From the IMG/VR virus record IMGVR_UViG_3300038318_000339, positions 1 through 28,909 of that record: 28,909 nucleotides of DNA. One strand, written 5' to 3'. The position numbers were made by a program, and so were the translations under genes. Shown here in pieces: positions 18,105 to 27,886 of this stretch (its first letter is position 1; each line of letters begins with the position of its first letter). The notes below the pieces were generated by a model, which did no database searches, had not been told where the DNA came from, and saw nothing but the letters and a program-made list of their open reading frames with translations. Origin of the DNA: a virus (taxonomy: Duplodnaviria; Caudoviricetes).

Positions 18105-18274
18105 TGTTTATGGATGAATTTGATTGTAAAAAGTCATAAATACACGTTATTAGGCAGATGAGGCGTGCGGTTTTTCTTCAAAAATCTCTCTCCTTCCTTC
18201 GTCAAAACACCTCCCTCATGTCCAGCGATTTATGAAAGCAAACAAAAAACGCTTTCAGGCTGGAGGTGAAAAAA

Positions 18275-18490
18275 GTGTATCAGACACAGGTAAAACTCAA
18301 GAGCTGTACTGCGGACGAAGAGCTCGTCGAAGTCCTCACCGCGATCAGCATCGTATCCATGCGGCTGGCAAGGAAACTAAGTTTGCTGGCCAGACAGAGC
18401 AAATCTACGGAAGGAGGAAAACCAGATGAGCAAAATGAGCGAGATGGACGCGACCATCAAAGAATTAAGGGATATTGCATCTTCTGTTAA
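18275..18490 (+). CDS. Small hypothetical phage protein
   Basis: GGAGGTG RBS before the GTG at 18275. Helical EELVEVLTAISIVSMRLARKL; first gene of the replication operon. Confidence 0.6.
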   Translation: MYQTQVKLKSCTADEELVEVLTAISIVSMRLARKLSLLARQSKSTEGGKPDEQNERDGRDHQRIKGYCIFC

Positions 18491-18734
18491 TTCCATCGCC
18501 AACTGGCTGTCGGAGCAGTTCAGCGGCAATGAGCCGGAACCGGAAGCGGCGCCTGCCGATCCGGTGCTGACGCTGGAACAGGTGCGGGCTGTTCTTGCAG
18601 ACAAGTCCCGTGCGGGCTTCACCGCTCAGATTCGCTCTCTGCTCCAAAAACACGGTGCGGCGAAACTGTCGGAGATTAACCCTTCGCATTATGCCAACCT
18701 GCTCAAAGAGGCGGAGGGCTTGGGAAATGGGTAA
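18426..18734 (+). CDS. Hypothetical phage protein (102 aa)
   Basis: AAGGAGG RBS. LTLEQVRAVLA...LLQKHGAAKLSEI; overlaps the DUF2800 gene start. Confidence 0.8.
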   Translation: MSKMSEMDATIKELRDIASSVNSIANWLSEQFSGNEPEPEAAPADPVLTLEQVRAVLADKSRAGFTAQIRSLLQKHGAAKLSEINPSHYANLLKEAEGLGNG

Positions 18735-19860
18735 ACACGCCATTCTCTCCGCTTCCAGTGCTGACCGCTGGCTCCACTGCCCGCCGTCCGCCAGACTCTG
18801 CGAGAGCTACGACGATAAGGGCAGTGACTACGCCGCCGAAGGCACCGACGCCCACGCGCTGTGCGAATACAAGCTCCGCAGGGCGCTGGGGCTTCCCGCC
18901 GAGGACCCGACCGAAAATCTGAGCTGGTACAACTCTGAAATGGAGGAATGTGCCGCCGGCTATGCGGCCTATGTGCTCGAACAAGTGGAAGCGGCAAAGC
19001 AGACCTGCGCCGATCCTGTTGTTCTCATCGAACAGCGTGTGGATTTCTCCCGCTGGGTGCAGGGCGGCTTTGGCACCGCCGACTGCATCATCATTGCGGA
19101 CGGCACCTTGCAGATCATTGACTATAAGCATGGCCTGGGCGTGCTCGTGAGCGCGGAGGAAAATCCGCAAATGGAGTGCTACGGGCTTGGTGCACTTGAA
19201 CTGTTCGATGGCATCTACGACATCGACTCGTTGCGCATGACCATCTACCAGCCACGCCGGGACAACGTCAGCACTTACGAGCTTTCAAAAGACGAGCTTT
19301 ACCGCTGGGCGGATGAGGTTCTCAAACCAACTGCGGAGCTTGCTTTTGCCGGCGACGGAAACTTCCTGTGCGGTGAGTGGTGCGGCTTTTGCAAGGCAAA
19401 GCACGACTGCCGTGCCAGAGCCGAAGCCAATCTGGCGCTTGCCCGCTACGACTTCAAGCTGCCGCCGCTGTTGACGGATGAGGAAGTCGAAGAAATCCTC
19501 ACCCGCGCCGACGACCTCGTTGCATGGGCGGCAGACATTAAGGAATATGCGCTCCGGCAAGCGCTTAGCGGCAAGAAATGGCACGGCTGGAAGCTGGTTG
19601 AAGGCCGCTCCAACCGCAGGTACACAAACGAAGCCCTTGTTGCCAGTGCTGTTGAAAGCATAGGCTTTGACCCCTATGAGCACAAGGTGCTGGGCGTCAC
19701 CGCCATGCAGAAGCTGCTCGGCAAATCTCGCTTTGAGGAACTTCTTGCACCATATATCGAAAAGCCGCAGGGCAAACCCACACTCGTGCCGGAGAGCGAT
19801 AAACGTCCGGCAATCAACACAGCAAAAAATGATTTTATGGAGGAAAACGATTATGAATAA
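18727..19860 (+). CDS. DUF2800 PD-(D/E)XK (Cas4-like) phage nuclease
   Basis: HAILSASSADRWLHCPPS, GTADCII...IIDYKHG and a C-terminal Cys cluster CGEWCGFCKAKHDC. Confidence 0.85.
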   Translation: MGKHAILSASSADRWLHCPPSARLCESYDDKGSDYAAEGTDAHALCEYKLRRALGLPAEDPTENLSWYNSEMEECAAGYAAYVLEQVEAAKQTCADPVVLIEQRVDFSRWVQGGFGTADCIIIADGTLQIIDYKHGLGVLVSAEENPQMECYGLGALELFDGIYDIDSLRMTIYQPRRDNVSTYELSKDELYRWADEVLKPTAELAFAGDGNFLCGEWCGFCKAKHDCRARAEANLALARYDFKLPPLLTDEEVEEILTRADDLVAWAADIKEYALRQALSGKKWHGWKLVEGRSNRRYTNEALVASAVESIGFDPYEHKVLGVTAMQKLLGKSRFEELLAPYIEKPQGKPTLVPESDKRPAINTAKNDFMEENDYE

Positions 19861-20428
19861 CAGCACTACGAAGGTCAACAACCCGATGAAGGTCATCACC
19901 GGCCCCGATACCCGCTGGTCTTACGCCAACGTCTGGGAACCGAAATCTATCAATGGCGGTACGCCGAAATACAGCGTCAGCCTGATTATCCCCAAGTCCG
20001 ACACCAAGACGCTCGCCAAAATCAAGGCGGCTATTGAGGCGGCATACCACGAGGGTGAAGCAAAGCTTAAGGGCAACGGTAAATCTGTGCCTCCGCTGGC
20101 GGCTCTCAAAACTCCGCTGCGCGATGGGGACACCGAACGCCCAGATGATGAAGCCTACGCCAACGCCTACTTCATCAATGCCAACGCGACCACTGCTCCC
20201 GGCATCGTGGACGCTGACCGCAATCCGATTCTGACCCGCTCGGAGGTTTACTCCGGCGTGTACGGCAGGGCAAGCATCAGCTTCTATGCTTTCAATTCCA
20301 ATGGGAACAAAGGCATCGCCTGCGGGCTCAATAACCTTCAGAAAATCCGCGACGGGGAGCCTCTCGGCGGCAAGGCAAGCGCGGAGTCCGATTTTGCCAC
20401 CGACGATGACGACGATTTTTTGAACTGA
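19853..20428 (+). CDS. DUF2815 phage ssDNA-binding protein
   Basis: KYSVSLIIPK, PLRDGD, VYSGVY, GLNNLQK and an acidic tail DDDDDFLN. GGAGG RBS. Confidence 0.85.
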   Translation: MNNSTTKVNNPMKVITGPDTRWSYANVWEPKSINGGTPKYSVSLIIPKSDTKTLAKIKAAIEAAYHEGEAKLKGNGKSVPPLAALKTPLRDGDTERPDDEAYANAYFINANATTAPGIVDADRNPILTRSEVYSGVYGRASISFYAFNSNGNKGIACGLNNLQKIRDGEPLGGKASAESDFATDDDDDFLN

Positions 20429-20448
20429 GAGAGGAAAGGTGAAAATAC

Positions 20449-20631
20449 ATGACAACCTTACAGACCGTTTTAGTTACCGCCCTTATCGCCATCTGGCTCT
20501 GCATCAGTGTCGGGTTCCTTGTCTCTGTGATTCAGAGCGCAATATATGACCGCAAGCGCGAACAGCGCGAGAAGGCGCAGGCTGCCCGCGATCTTGAATA
20601 CCACGAAAAGCGCATGGCGGACTTTAAGTAA
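20449..20631 (+). CDS. Small single-TM phage protein (60 aa)
   Basis: Hydrophobic N-terminal helix followed by a charged helix. AAGGTG RBS. Confidence 0.65.
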   Translation: MTTLQTVLVTALIAIWLCISVGFLVSVIQSAIYDRKREQREKAQAARDLEYHEKRMADFK

Positions 20632-20637
20632 AACAGC

Positions 20638-20676
20638 AGGGACGGGCGGCAGAGCTTTCTTTGCCGCCTTGTTCCT
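20638..20676 (+). terminator. GC-rich hairpin upstream of the polymerase gene
   Basis: GGCGGCAGAG-CTTT-CTTTGCCGCC (20645-20668) with an extendable stem. Confidence 0.45.
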
Positions 20677-20693
20677 ATTAAGGACGGTTGCTT

Positions 20694-22634
20694 ATGAAAT
20701 CACTCAATATTGATATTGAAACATATTCCAGTGTAAACCTTGCCAAATCAGGTGTTTACCGCTATGTCGAAGCACCGGATTTTGAAATTCTGCTGTTCGG
20801 CTATAGTGTGGACGGCGGTGCGGTGCAGGTCATCGACCTTGCCTGCGGTGAGAAAATTCCGACTGACATTCTCGGCGCACTTACGGATGAAAGCGTGACA
20901 AAATGGGCGTTCAACGCCGGCTTTGAAAGAGTGTGCCTGTCGCGGTATATCGGTTTGCCGACCGGCGAGTATATTGCCCCTGCTTCGTGGCGGTGCTCGA
21001 TGGTATGGGCGGCGACGATGGGTTTGCCGCTTTCGCTGGAGGGCGTCGGCGCGGTGCTGGGGCTGGAAAAGCAAAAGCTCACCGAGAGCAAAGAACTCAT
21101 CAAGTATTTCTGCCAGCCCTGCGCTCCGACAAAAGCAAACGGGCAGCGCACCCGCAACTACCCATATCACGCGCCGGAAAAGTGGTCGGCGTTCAAAAAA
21201 TATAACGCCCGCGACGTGGAAACGGAAATGTCCATTCAGGTGAGGCTCGCAAAGTTTCCGGTACCGGACAGAACTTGGGAGGAATACCACCTCGACCAAG
21301 AAATCAACGACCGCGGTGTGGCGCTGGACATGACGCTGGTACAAGCAGCTATCGCCATTGACGGGCGCTCCCGTTCCGAATTGACCACAGCCATGAAAAA
21401 GCTGACTGAGCTGGATAATCCAAATTCGGTACAGCAAATGAAGCAGTGGCTTGCGGATAACGGTCTGGAAACGGACACGCTCGGCAAAAAGGCTGTGGCG
21501 GAGCTTTTGAAAACAGCGCCGCCGGAGCTTGCCGAGGTACTTGCTCTCCGGCAGCAGCTCGCCAAATCCTCGGTAAAGAAGTATCAGGCGATGGAGAATG
21601 CGGTCTGCGCCGACGGTCGTGCGCGCGGAATGTTCCAGTTTTACGGAGCCAACCGAACCGGCCGCTGGGCGGGCAGGCTCATTCAAATGCAAAACCTGCC
21701 ACAGAACCATCTGGAAGATTTGGCGGAAGCCCGCGCTCTTGTGAGCTGCGGCGACTTCGATGCGCTAAAAATGCTCTACGAGGATGTGCCGGATACGCTG
21801 TCGCAGCTGATACGCACGGCATTCGTACCGAAAAAGGGTGCAAAGTTCATCGTTTCTGACTTCAGTGCCATCGAAGCCCGCGTGATCGCATGGCTTGCCG
21901 GCGAGCAGTGGCGGCAGGACGTTTTCGCCAAGGGCGGCGACATCTACTGCGCGTCCGCATCACAGATGTTTAAGGTGCCTGTCGAGAAACACGGCATCAA
22001 CGGGCATCTTCGGCAAAAGGGCAAAATTGCGGAACTGGCTCTCGGCTACGGCGGCAGCGTCGGTGCGCTCAAGGCGATGGGTGCGCTCGACATGGGCTTG
22101 ACAGAGGAGGAACTGCCGCCACTGGTGGATGCTTGGCGGCAGGCGAATCCGAAGATCGTGCAGTTCTGGTGGGCGGTCGACCGCGCCGTGATGGACGCCG
22201 TTACCCGCAAGACCACTACGAAAACACACGGCATCTTATTCTCCGCCAGAAATGGGATGCTTTTCATCACTCTGCCATCCGGCAGAAACCTTGCCTATGT
22301 GAAACCTCGCATCGGTGAAAACAAGTTCGGCGGCAGCTGTATTACCTATGAAGGCATCGGCGGGACAAAGAAATGGGAACGGCTGGACAGCTACGGCCCC
22401 AAGTTTGTGGAAAACATCGTCCAAGCGACCTCCCGCGATATCCTCTGCTACGCCATGCGGACACTTCGCCGCTGCGATATTGTCATGCACATCCATGACG
22501 AGCTGGTCATCGAAGCTGATACGAGTGTTTCTTTGCAAGTTATCTGCGAACAAATGAGCCGAACGCCGCCGTGGGCAAAGGGGCTGCTGCTCCGCGCTGA
22601 TGGCTATGAAACGGATTTCTATAAAAAAGATTGA
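20694..22634 (+). CDS. Phage family A DNA polymerase with 3'-5' exonuclease domain
   Basis: ExoI DIETY, motif A DFSAIEAR, motif B RQKGKIAELALGYG and motif C HIHDE. Confidence 0.92.
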   Translation: MKSLNIDIETYSSVNLAKSGVYRYVEAPDFEILLFGYSVDGGAVQVIDLACGEKIPTDILGALTDESVTKWAFNAGFERVCLSRYIGLPTGEYIAPASWRCSMVWAATMGLPLSLEGVGAVLGLEKQKLTESKELIKYFCQPCAPTKANGQRTRNYPYHAPEKWSAFKKYNARDVETEMSIQVRLAKFPVPDRTWEEYHLDQEINDRGVALDMTLVQAAIAIDGRSRSELTTAMKKLTELDNPNSVQQMKQWLADNGLETDTLGKKAVAELLKTAPPELAEVLALRQQLAKSSVKKYQAMENAVCADGRARGMFQFYGANRTGRWAGRLIQMQNLPQNHLEDLAEARALVSCGDFDALKMLYEDVPDTLSQLIRTAFVPKKGAKFIVSDFSAIEARVIAWLAGEQWRQDVFAKGGDIYCASASQMFKVPVEKHGINGHLRQKGKIAELALGYGGSVGALKAMGALDMGLTEEELPPLVDAWRQANPKIVQFWWAVDRAVMDAVTRKTTTKTHGILFSARNGMLFITLPSGRNLAYVKPRIGENKFGGSCITYEGIGGTKKWERLDSYGPKFVENIVQATSRDILCYAMRTLRRCDIVMHIHDELVIEADTSVSLQVICEQMSRTPPWAKGLLLRADGYETDFYKKD

Positions 22635-22714
22635 GATGTTTTGTACGATAGGCTTCCCTTTTTCCAGTGGGTATTAGAGATGGACAAGAAGCCCGTCGTG
22701 AAAGGAGTTTCTAA

Positions 22715-23140
22715 ATGAGTATAAACAAGTTTAACAGTGAGGGCTATTACGACCCTACCACCTATGAAGCCCTGTCGCTGATTGAAAAGGAGGAACGCGC
22801 ACTGCGGGCTTTTCGGCCGATTGTCTACATCTGCTCTCCGTTTTCGGGGGCTGTGGACGAGAATATTGCGGCGGCGCAGCGTTACAGCCGTTTTGCTGTG
22901 GGCAATGGCTGCATACCCTTCGCGCCGCACCTGCTGTTTCCACAATTTCTCGATGACAACAATCCGAAGGAACGCCAACTCGGACTATTCTTCGGGAACG
23001 CCCTCATGAGCAAATGCTCCGAGGTGTGGGTGTTTGGCAGTAACATCTCAGCCGGCATGGAGACTGAAATCAAACGTGCCAAGTGGAAAGATTACCGCTT
23101 GCGCTATTTTACAGAAAACTGCGAGGAGGTGCAGGAATAG
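22715..23140 (+). CDS. DUF4406-like protein (nucleoside deoxyribosyltransferase-like fold)
   Basis: VYICSPFSG...PFAPHL...CSEVWVFG..ISAGM..EI. AAAGGAG RBS. Confidence 0.7.
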   Translation: MSINKFNSEGYYDPTTYEALSLIEKEERALRAFRPIVYICSPFSGAVDENIAAAQRYSRFAVGNGCIPFAPHLLFPQFLDDNNPKERQLGLFFGNALMSKCSEVWVFGSNISAGMETEIKRAKWKDYRLRYFTENCEEVQE

Positions 23141-25413
23141 TGTTCACGATATACCACTCCGATTTCATCGGAAATCCCGGCAATTGCTCCTATCCGCACA
23201 AAGCGGAAATTACCGATGCGGCGACGCTTACTGCTGCGGTCAGCCGTGACTATGTTTGCGCGGAGTACCGCAATAACTATCGCAGCGGTGACAACTTTAT
23301 TGGCAGCGATTGCCTGCCGGTGGACTGTGATAATGACCACTCTGAAAATCCCGACGAATGGATGCAGCCCGCCGATGTGGAAGCGGCGTTTCCCAGCGTC
23401 GCCTTTGCCGTTCATTACAGCCGGTCGCATATGCGCGAAAAGAACGGAAAACCCGCTCGTCCCAAATTTCATGTACTGTTTCCCATAGACCGCGTTACGG
23501 ATGCGTCTTGCTACAGTGATATGAAAAAGCTGGTCAACGCCATCTTCCCATATTTCGACACGAAGGCGCTGGACGCGGCACGGTTTTTCTTTGGAACCAA
23601 TTCTCCGCAGGTGGAAATTCATGAGGGCTGCATGAACCTTACGGACTTCTTGGCGGGCGACGATTTCGATGCAAATATGGCCGGCGGGTATCGTGCAAGT
23701 CAGGTTATCCCGGAGGGAAGCCGCAACGCAACACTCTCCCGCTTTGCCGGCCGAGTCATCAAAAAATATGGCGACAGCGAGGAAGCCTATCAGGCATTCA
23801 TGGAGGAAGCCGCAAAATGCGCGCCGCCGCTCCCGGATTTTGAGCTTTCGACTATTTGGCACAGCGCACAGCGCTTCTTTGCAAAAATACAGCGACAGGA
23901 TGGCTATGTGCCGCCGGAAGCCTATAACGCTCCGGTTTCCTACAAACCCGGAGATTACTCCGATGTGGGGCAAGCCGAGGTGCTGGCAAAACATTTCTCC
24001 GGTGAGCTGCGATATTCACCTGCGACGCACTTCATCCGCTATAACGAGCACTACTGGCAGGAAAGTGAACCCGGCGCACAGGCAGTTGCCCACGAGCTAA
24101 CCCGCCGCCAGTTGGAGGAAGCCACCAAAGAATTACTGTCAGCGATGAAGCTGTTGACAGAAAATGGCGGACAGACGATTCTCGAAGGCGCATCCAAGAG
24201 CAAAGCCGAAAGCCTGATGAATGATGCGCAGCTCGAAGCGTATCGGGCATTTTTCGCGGCAAAGGCATATCAATCCTTTGCCATCCGCCGGCGCGACTCT
24301 AAAAACATCACCGCGACGTTAAAGGAATCTCGTCCCATGCTGGAAATCTCGCCCCGTGACCTGGATGCGGATTGCTTTTTATTGTGTACACCTGATGCCA
24401 CTTATGATCTTCGGAAAGGCATGGACGGTGCAAGGGAGCATTCACCGGAGGACTTTATTACAAAAATGACCTCTGTGTCGCCCGGCAACAAGGGATCACA
24501 GCTTTGGTGGGACAGCTTGGCGCTCATTTTTTGCGGCAATCAGGCACTTATCGACTATGTACAGATGATCTGCGGGCTTGCCGCGATCGGCAAGGTTTAT
24601 GTGGAAGCACTGATCATCGCTTACGGCGGCGGGCGTAACGGCAAGTCCACCTTCTGGAATGCGGTCTCCCGTGTGCTGGGTCTTTACAGCGGCAACATCT
24701 CCGCCGATACGCTGACGGTCGGCTGCCGCCGTAACATCAAGCCTGAAATGGCCGAGGTCAAGGGCAAGCGCCTGCTCATCGCCGCTGAAATGCAGGAAGG
24801 TGCTCGGCTCAACGACTCCACTGTCAAGCAACTCTGCTCCACTGATGAAGTGTTTGCAGAGAAAAAGTACAAGGACCCGTTCAGCTTCACGCCTTGTCAC
24901 ACGCTGGTGCTCTACACGAATCATCTCCCGAAGGTCAGCGCCTCCGACGACGGAATCTGGCGCAGGCTGATTGTGATTCCCTTTGACGCCAAGATTGAAG
25001 GCAGTAACGACATCAAGAACTATGGCGAATACCTTTACCAAAACGCCGGCGAAAGCATTCTGGCGTGGGTTATTGAGGGCGCCAAGAAGGTCATTGCGCT
25101 GGACTACAAAATTCCCGTGCCAGAATGCGTGCAGAAGGCGATCGCGGAATATCGGGCGCAAAACGACTGGTTTGGACACTTTCTTGAAGACAAATGCGAG
25201 CTTGACGCCGGCTTCCGCGAGAGCTCCAGTGTGCTTTATCAGTCCTATCGGAATTACTGCATTGATACCAACGAGTATATCCGCAGCACGACAGACTTCT
25301 ATTCTGCGCTGGAGGCCGCCGGGTATAGCCGTATCAAGGTGAAAAACAAGCGTTTCTTTGCCGGATTGAGGATAAAAACAGACGACGGAGATTTCGAGGA
25401 ATTTCTGTCATAA
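23140..25413 (+). CDS. P4/D5-family primase-SF3 helicase
   Basis: N-terminal DCDND...KFHVLFP primase-like motifs, a PriCT-like EGSRNATL segment, Walker A GGGRNGKS, and TNHLP/DGIWRR. GTG start overlaps the upstream stop. Confidence 0.9.
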   Translation: MFTIYHSDFIGNPGNCSYPHKAEITDAATLTAAVSRDYVCAEYRNNYRSGDNFIGSDCLPVDCDNDHSENPDEWMQPADVEAAFPSVAFAVHYSRSHMREKNGKPARPKFHVLFPIDRVTDASCYSDMKKLVNAIFPYFDTKALDAARFFFGTNSPQVEIHEGCMNLTDFLAGDDFDANMAGGYRASQVIPEGSRNATLSRFAGRVIKKYGDSEEAYQAFMEEAAKCAPPLPDFELSTIWHSAQRFFAKIQRQDGYVPPEAYNAPVSYKPGDYSDVGQAEVLAKHFSGELRYSPATHFIRYNEHYWQESEPGAQAVAHELTRRQLEEATKELLSAMKLLTENGGQTILEGASKSKAESLMNDAQLEAYRAFFAAKAYQSFAIRRRDSKNITATLKESRPMLEISPRDLDADCFLLCTPDATYDLRKGMDGAREHSPEDFITKMTSVSPGNKGSQLWWDSLALIFCGNQALIDYVQMICGLAAIGKVYVEALIIAYGGGRNGKSTFWNAVSRVLGLYSGNISADTLTVGCRRNIKPEMAEVKGKRLLIAAEMQEGARLNDSTVKQLCSTDEVFAEKKYKDPFSFTPCHTLVLYTNHLPKVSASDDGIWRRLIVIPFDAKIEGSNDIKNYGEYLYQNAGESILAWVIEGAKKVIALDYKIPVPECVQKAIAEYRAQNDWFGHFLEDKCELDAGFRESSSVLYQSYRNYCIDTNEYIRSTTDFYSALEAAGYSRIKVKNKRFFAGLRIKTDDGDFEEFLS

Positions 25414-25422
25414 GAGGGCTAT

Positions 25423-25520
25423 GGGATAACCTCGATAAAGGTCATATACAAAAAGTCTCTTAGGAACAAAAAAATAGCTCTAAGAAAAGTTTTAGATATG
25501 ACATGCGTCGAGGTTAACCC
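25423..25520. repeat. 41-bp imperfect inverted repeat with A-rich spacer (candidate origin)
   Basis: Arms 25423-25463 and 25480-25520 match at 31 of 41 positions ungapped (counted by hand), with a 16-nt spacer. Confidence 0.7.
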
Positions 25521-25552
25521 ACCTTCAAAAATCTCTGATGGGGTAAGCGATT

Positions 25553-25840
25553 ATGAAAGAAAAAGCAATAGAGAAAAAGCTGGTACAGGCGGTGAAAGCT
25601 GCGGGCGGCATCGCGCCGAAGTTCACCTCACCCGGTTTTGACGGAATGCCCGACCGCATTGTGCTTTTTCCGAATGGTCACATCGGTTTTGTGGAGGTCA
25701 AGGCTCCCGGAGAAAAGCCGCGTCCTTTACAGCTGACACGGCATGGACTTCTTCGGCGGCTCGGCTTCAGAGTCTATGTCCTTGACGATGAGAGGCAGAT
25801 AGAACAAATAATCACAGAGATTGGGGGTGATGCCGAATGA
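25553..25840 (+). CDS. VRR-NUC domain protein
   Basis: EKAIEKKL...GMPDRIV...FVEVKAPG.KPRPLQ. Confidence 0.9.
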   Translation: MKEKAIEKKLVQAVKAAGGIAPKFTSPGFDGMPDRIVLFPNGHIGFVEVKAPGEKPRPLQLTRHGLLRRLGFRVYVLDDERQIEQIITEIGGDAE

Positions 25841-27206
25841 AGTTCATACCGCATGAGTATCAGAAATACGCTATCGAGTATATCGAGAGCCATCCCATTT
25901 CTGCCGTACTGCTGGATATGGGCCTCGGTTGAGTAAGACGAGCATTGCACTGACAGCACTAAACAATCTGCTGTTTGACAGCTTCGAGGCGCACCGCATT
26001 TTGGTCATCGCCCCGCTGCGAGTGGCTCGGGACACATGGCCTGCTGAAGCGGAAAAGTGGAATCACCTGCAGAACCTCATCTGCTCCGTGGCTGTCGGCA
26101 CCGAAGCGGAGCGACGTGCGGCGCTGCTGAAGCCCGCCGACATCTACATCATCAACAGGGAAAATGTCCAGTGGCTCATCGAGGACAGCAAGCTGCCGTT
26201 CAGCTTTGACACCGTTGTGGTTGACGAGCTGTCGTCCTTCAAAAACTATCAGGCAAAACGATTCCGGGCGCTGATGAAGGTTCGCCCTACGGTCAAGCGC
26301 ATCATCGGGCTGACGGGAACACCCAGCAGCAACGGGCTCATGGATTTATGGGCGGAGTTTCGACTGCTGGATATGGGCGCACGTCTCGGACGCTTTATCA
26401 GCCATTACCGGCTTGAATACTTTCAGCCGGACAAGCGCAATGGGCAGGTCATATTCAGCTACAAGCCTTTGTCCGGCGCGGAACAGCGGATTTATGACAA
26501 AATCTCCGACATCACCATTTCCATGAAATCTACTGACCTTCTGAAAATGCCGGAGCTGGTCAGCAGCGAATACACCGTCCGGCTTTCCGACGAGGAGCGG
26601 AAACGGTACGACGGTTTGAAGCAAGACCTCATCCTGCAGCTGCCGGACGGAGACATCACCGCTGCCAACGCCGCCGCGCTCACCGGCAAGCTCTGCCAGA
26701 TGGCGAACGGCGCCATCTACACCGACGACGGCGGCACCGTGAACCTTCATGACCGCAAGCTGGACGCGCTGGAGGATATCATCGAAGCCGCCGGAGGAAA
26801 ACCGCTGCTGGTTGCTTACTGGTTCAAGCACGATCTTGCCCGCATTACCGAGCGGCTACAAAAGCTTCACATCCCATTCTCCAAGCTGGACAGCGCCGAC
26901 AGTATCCGCAGGTGGAACAACAGCGAGCTTCCCGTGGCGCTCATTCATCCCGCCTCCGCCGGTCACGGGCTCAACCTTCAGAGCGGCGGGTCCTGCATTG
27001 TCTGGTTTGGGCTGACATGGTCGCTGGAGCTTTACCAGCAGACCAACGCCCGCCTCTGGCGGCAGGGGCAAAACGCCGAAACGGTAGTGGTGCAGCACAT
27101 CGTTGCCAAAGGTACGATCGACGAGCGGATTCTGAAGGCGCTATCCAAGAAAGACAGCACCCAAGCGGCGCTGATCGATGCCGTAAAAGCGGACTTGAAA
27201 ATCTGA
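25837..27206 (+). pseudogene. SNF2-family phage helicase interrupted by 5 extra nt in Walker A
   Basis: MKFIPHEYQ...LDMGLG-TGA in the first frame (ATG overlaps the VRR-NUC stop). KT..., VVDELS, LTGTP, GHGLNLQ and QTNARLWRQG follow in the -1 frame (ORF 25929..27206). Confidence 0.8.
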
Positions 27207-27243
27207 GACAATCTATGACAATCCGTGCCAATCCGAGAGCAAT
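27200..27243. repeat. 10-bp-period tandem repeat
   Basis: aatctgagac-aatctatgac-aatccgtgcc-aatccgagag-caat. Confidence 0.7.
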
Positions 27244-27264
27244 ACAAAATATCGGAGGGTACAG

Positions 27265-27462
27265 ATGATGAATCCATACGAAGAACTGGCAAACGCCATT
27301 GTGCTGCAGGCCGTCAAAGATTACCGGCTGCACGACGACGAGCAGGAGCTTGCCAGCATCGAGCGCTTCTTCCGTTCCGGCTGGTTTGGCACGCTGACCA
27401 GCATCAACCCGGAAATGCTGATTTCCAAGCTGAGAAAGGAGAAGGTGCGCTATGACCGCTAA
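27265..27462 (+). CDS. Small hypothetical phage protein (65 aa)
   Basis: GGAGG RBS. PYEELANAIVLQAVKDYR...IERFFRSGWF; overlaps the next gene. Confidence 0.75.
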   Translation: MMNPYEELANAIVLQAVKDYRLHDDEQELASIERFFRSGWFGTLTSINPEMLISKLRKEKVRYDR

Positions 27463-27886
27463 AGCCTATCTTTCTCAGGCGCGTTATCTGGATATGCGCA
27501 TCAAATCAAAGCTCCAGCAGATCGATTCACTGAACGAGCTGGCAACAACCTGTACGTCAGTGCTGACGGGCATGCCCCGCAATCCCAGCGCCTCTGTCTC
27601 CCGTATGGCGGACGCGGTCTGTAAGATTGTTGATCTGCAAGCGGACATCAACCACGACATTGACATGCTGGTCGACCTCAAGAAAGAAATCATGGGCGTC
27701 ATTAAGGCAGTCACAAACCCAGAGCACCAGACGCTTCTGGAGAAGCGCTACCTCTGCTTTCTCTCTTGGGAGAAGATTGCGGTGGACATGGGCTACGACC
27801 TGCGTTACATTCATAAGCTCCACACGCGGGCGTTGGAGGACTGCAAAATCCCTGCCCTTCCCGAAGTGGACACAAAAAGACACTGA
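27452..27886 (+). CDS. DUF1492 / ArpU-RinA-like late-gene transcriptional activator
   Basis: MTAKAYLSQ start and a C-terminal sigma4-like HTH LLEKRYL..LSWEKIAVDMGY..RYIHKLH. Positioned just before HNH-terS. Confidence 0.8.
   Translation: MTAKAYLSQARYLDMRIKSKLQQIDSLNELATTCTSVLTGMPRNPSASVSRMADAVCKIVDLQADINHDIDMLVDLKKEIMGVIKAVTNPEHQTLLEKRYLCFLSWEKIAVDMGYDLRYIHKLHTRALEDCKIPALPEVDTKRH

Noticed and set aside
18199-18235. Shared element-specific promoter motif with 22640-22680 (TCCAG core)
   Set aside because: Similarity is limited to about 5-7 nt, which is indistinguishable from chance without homologues.
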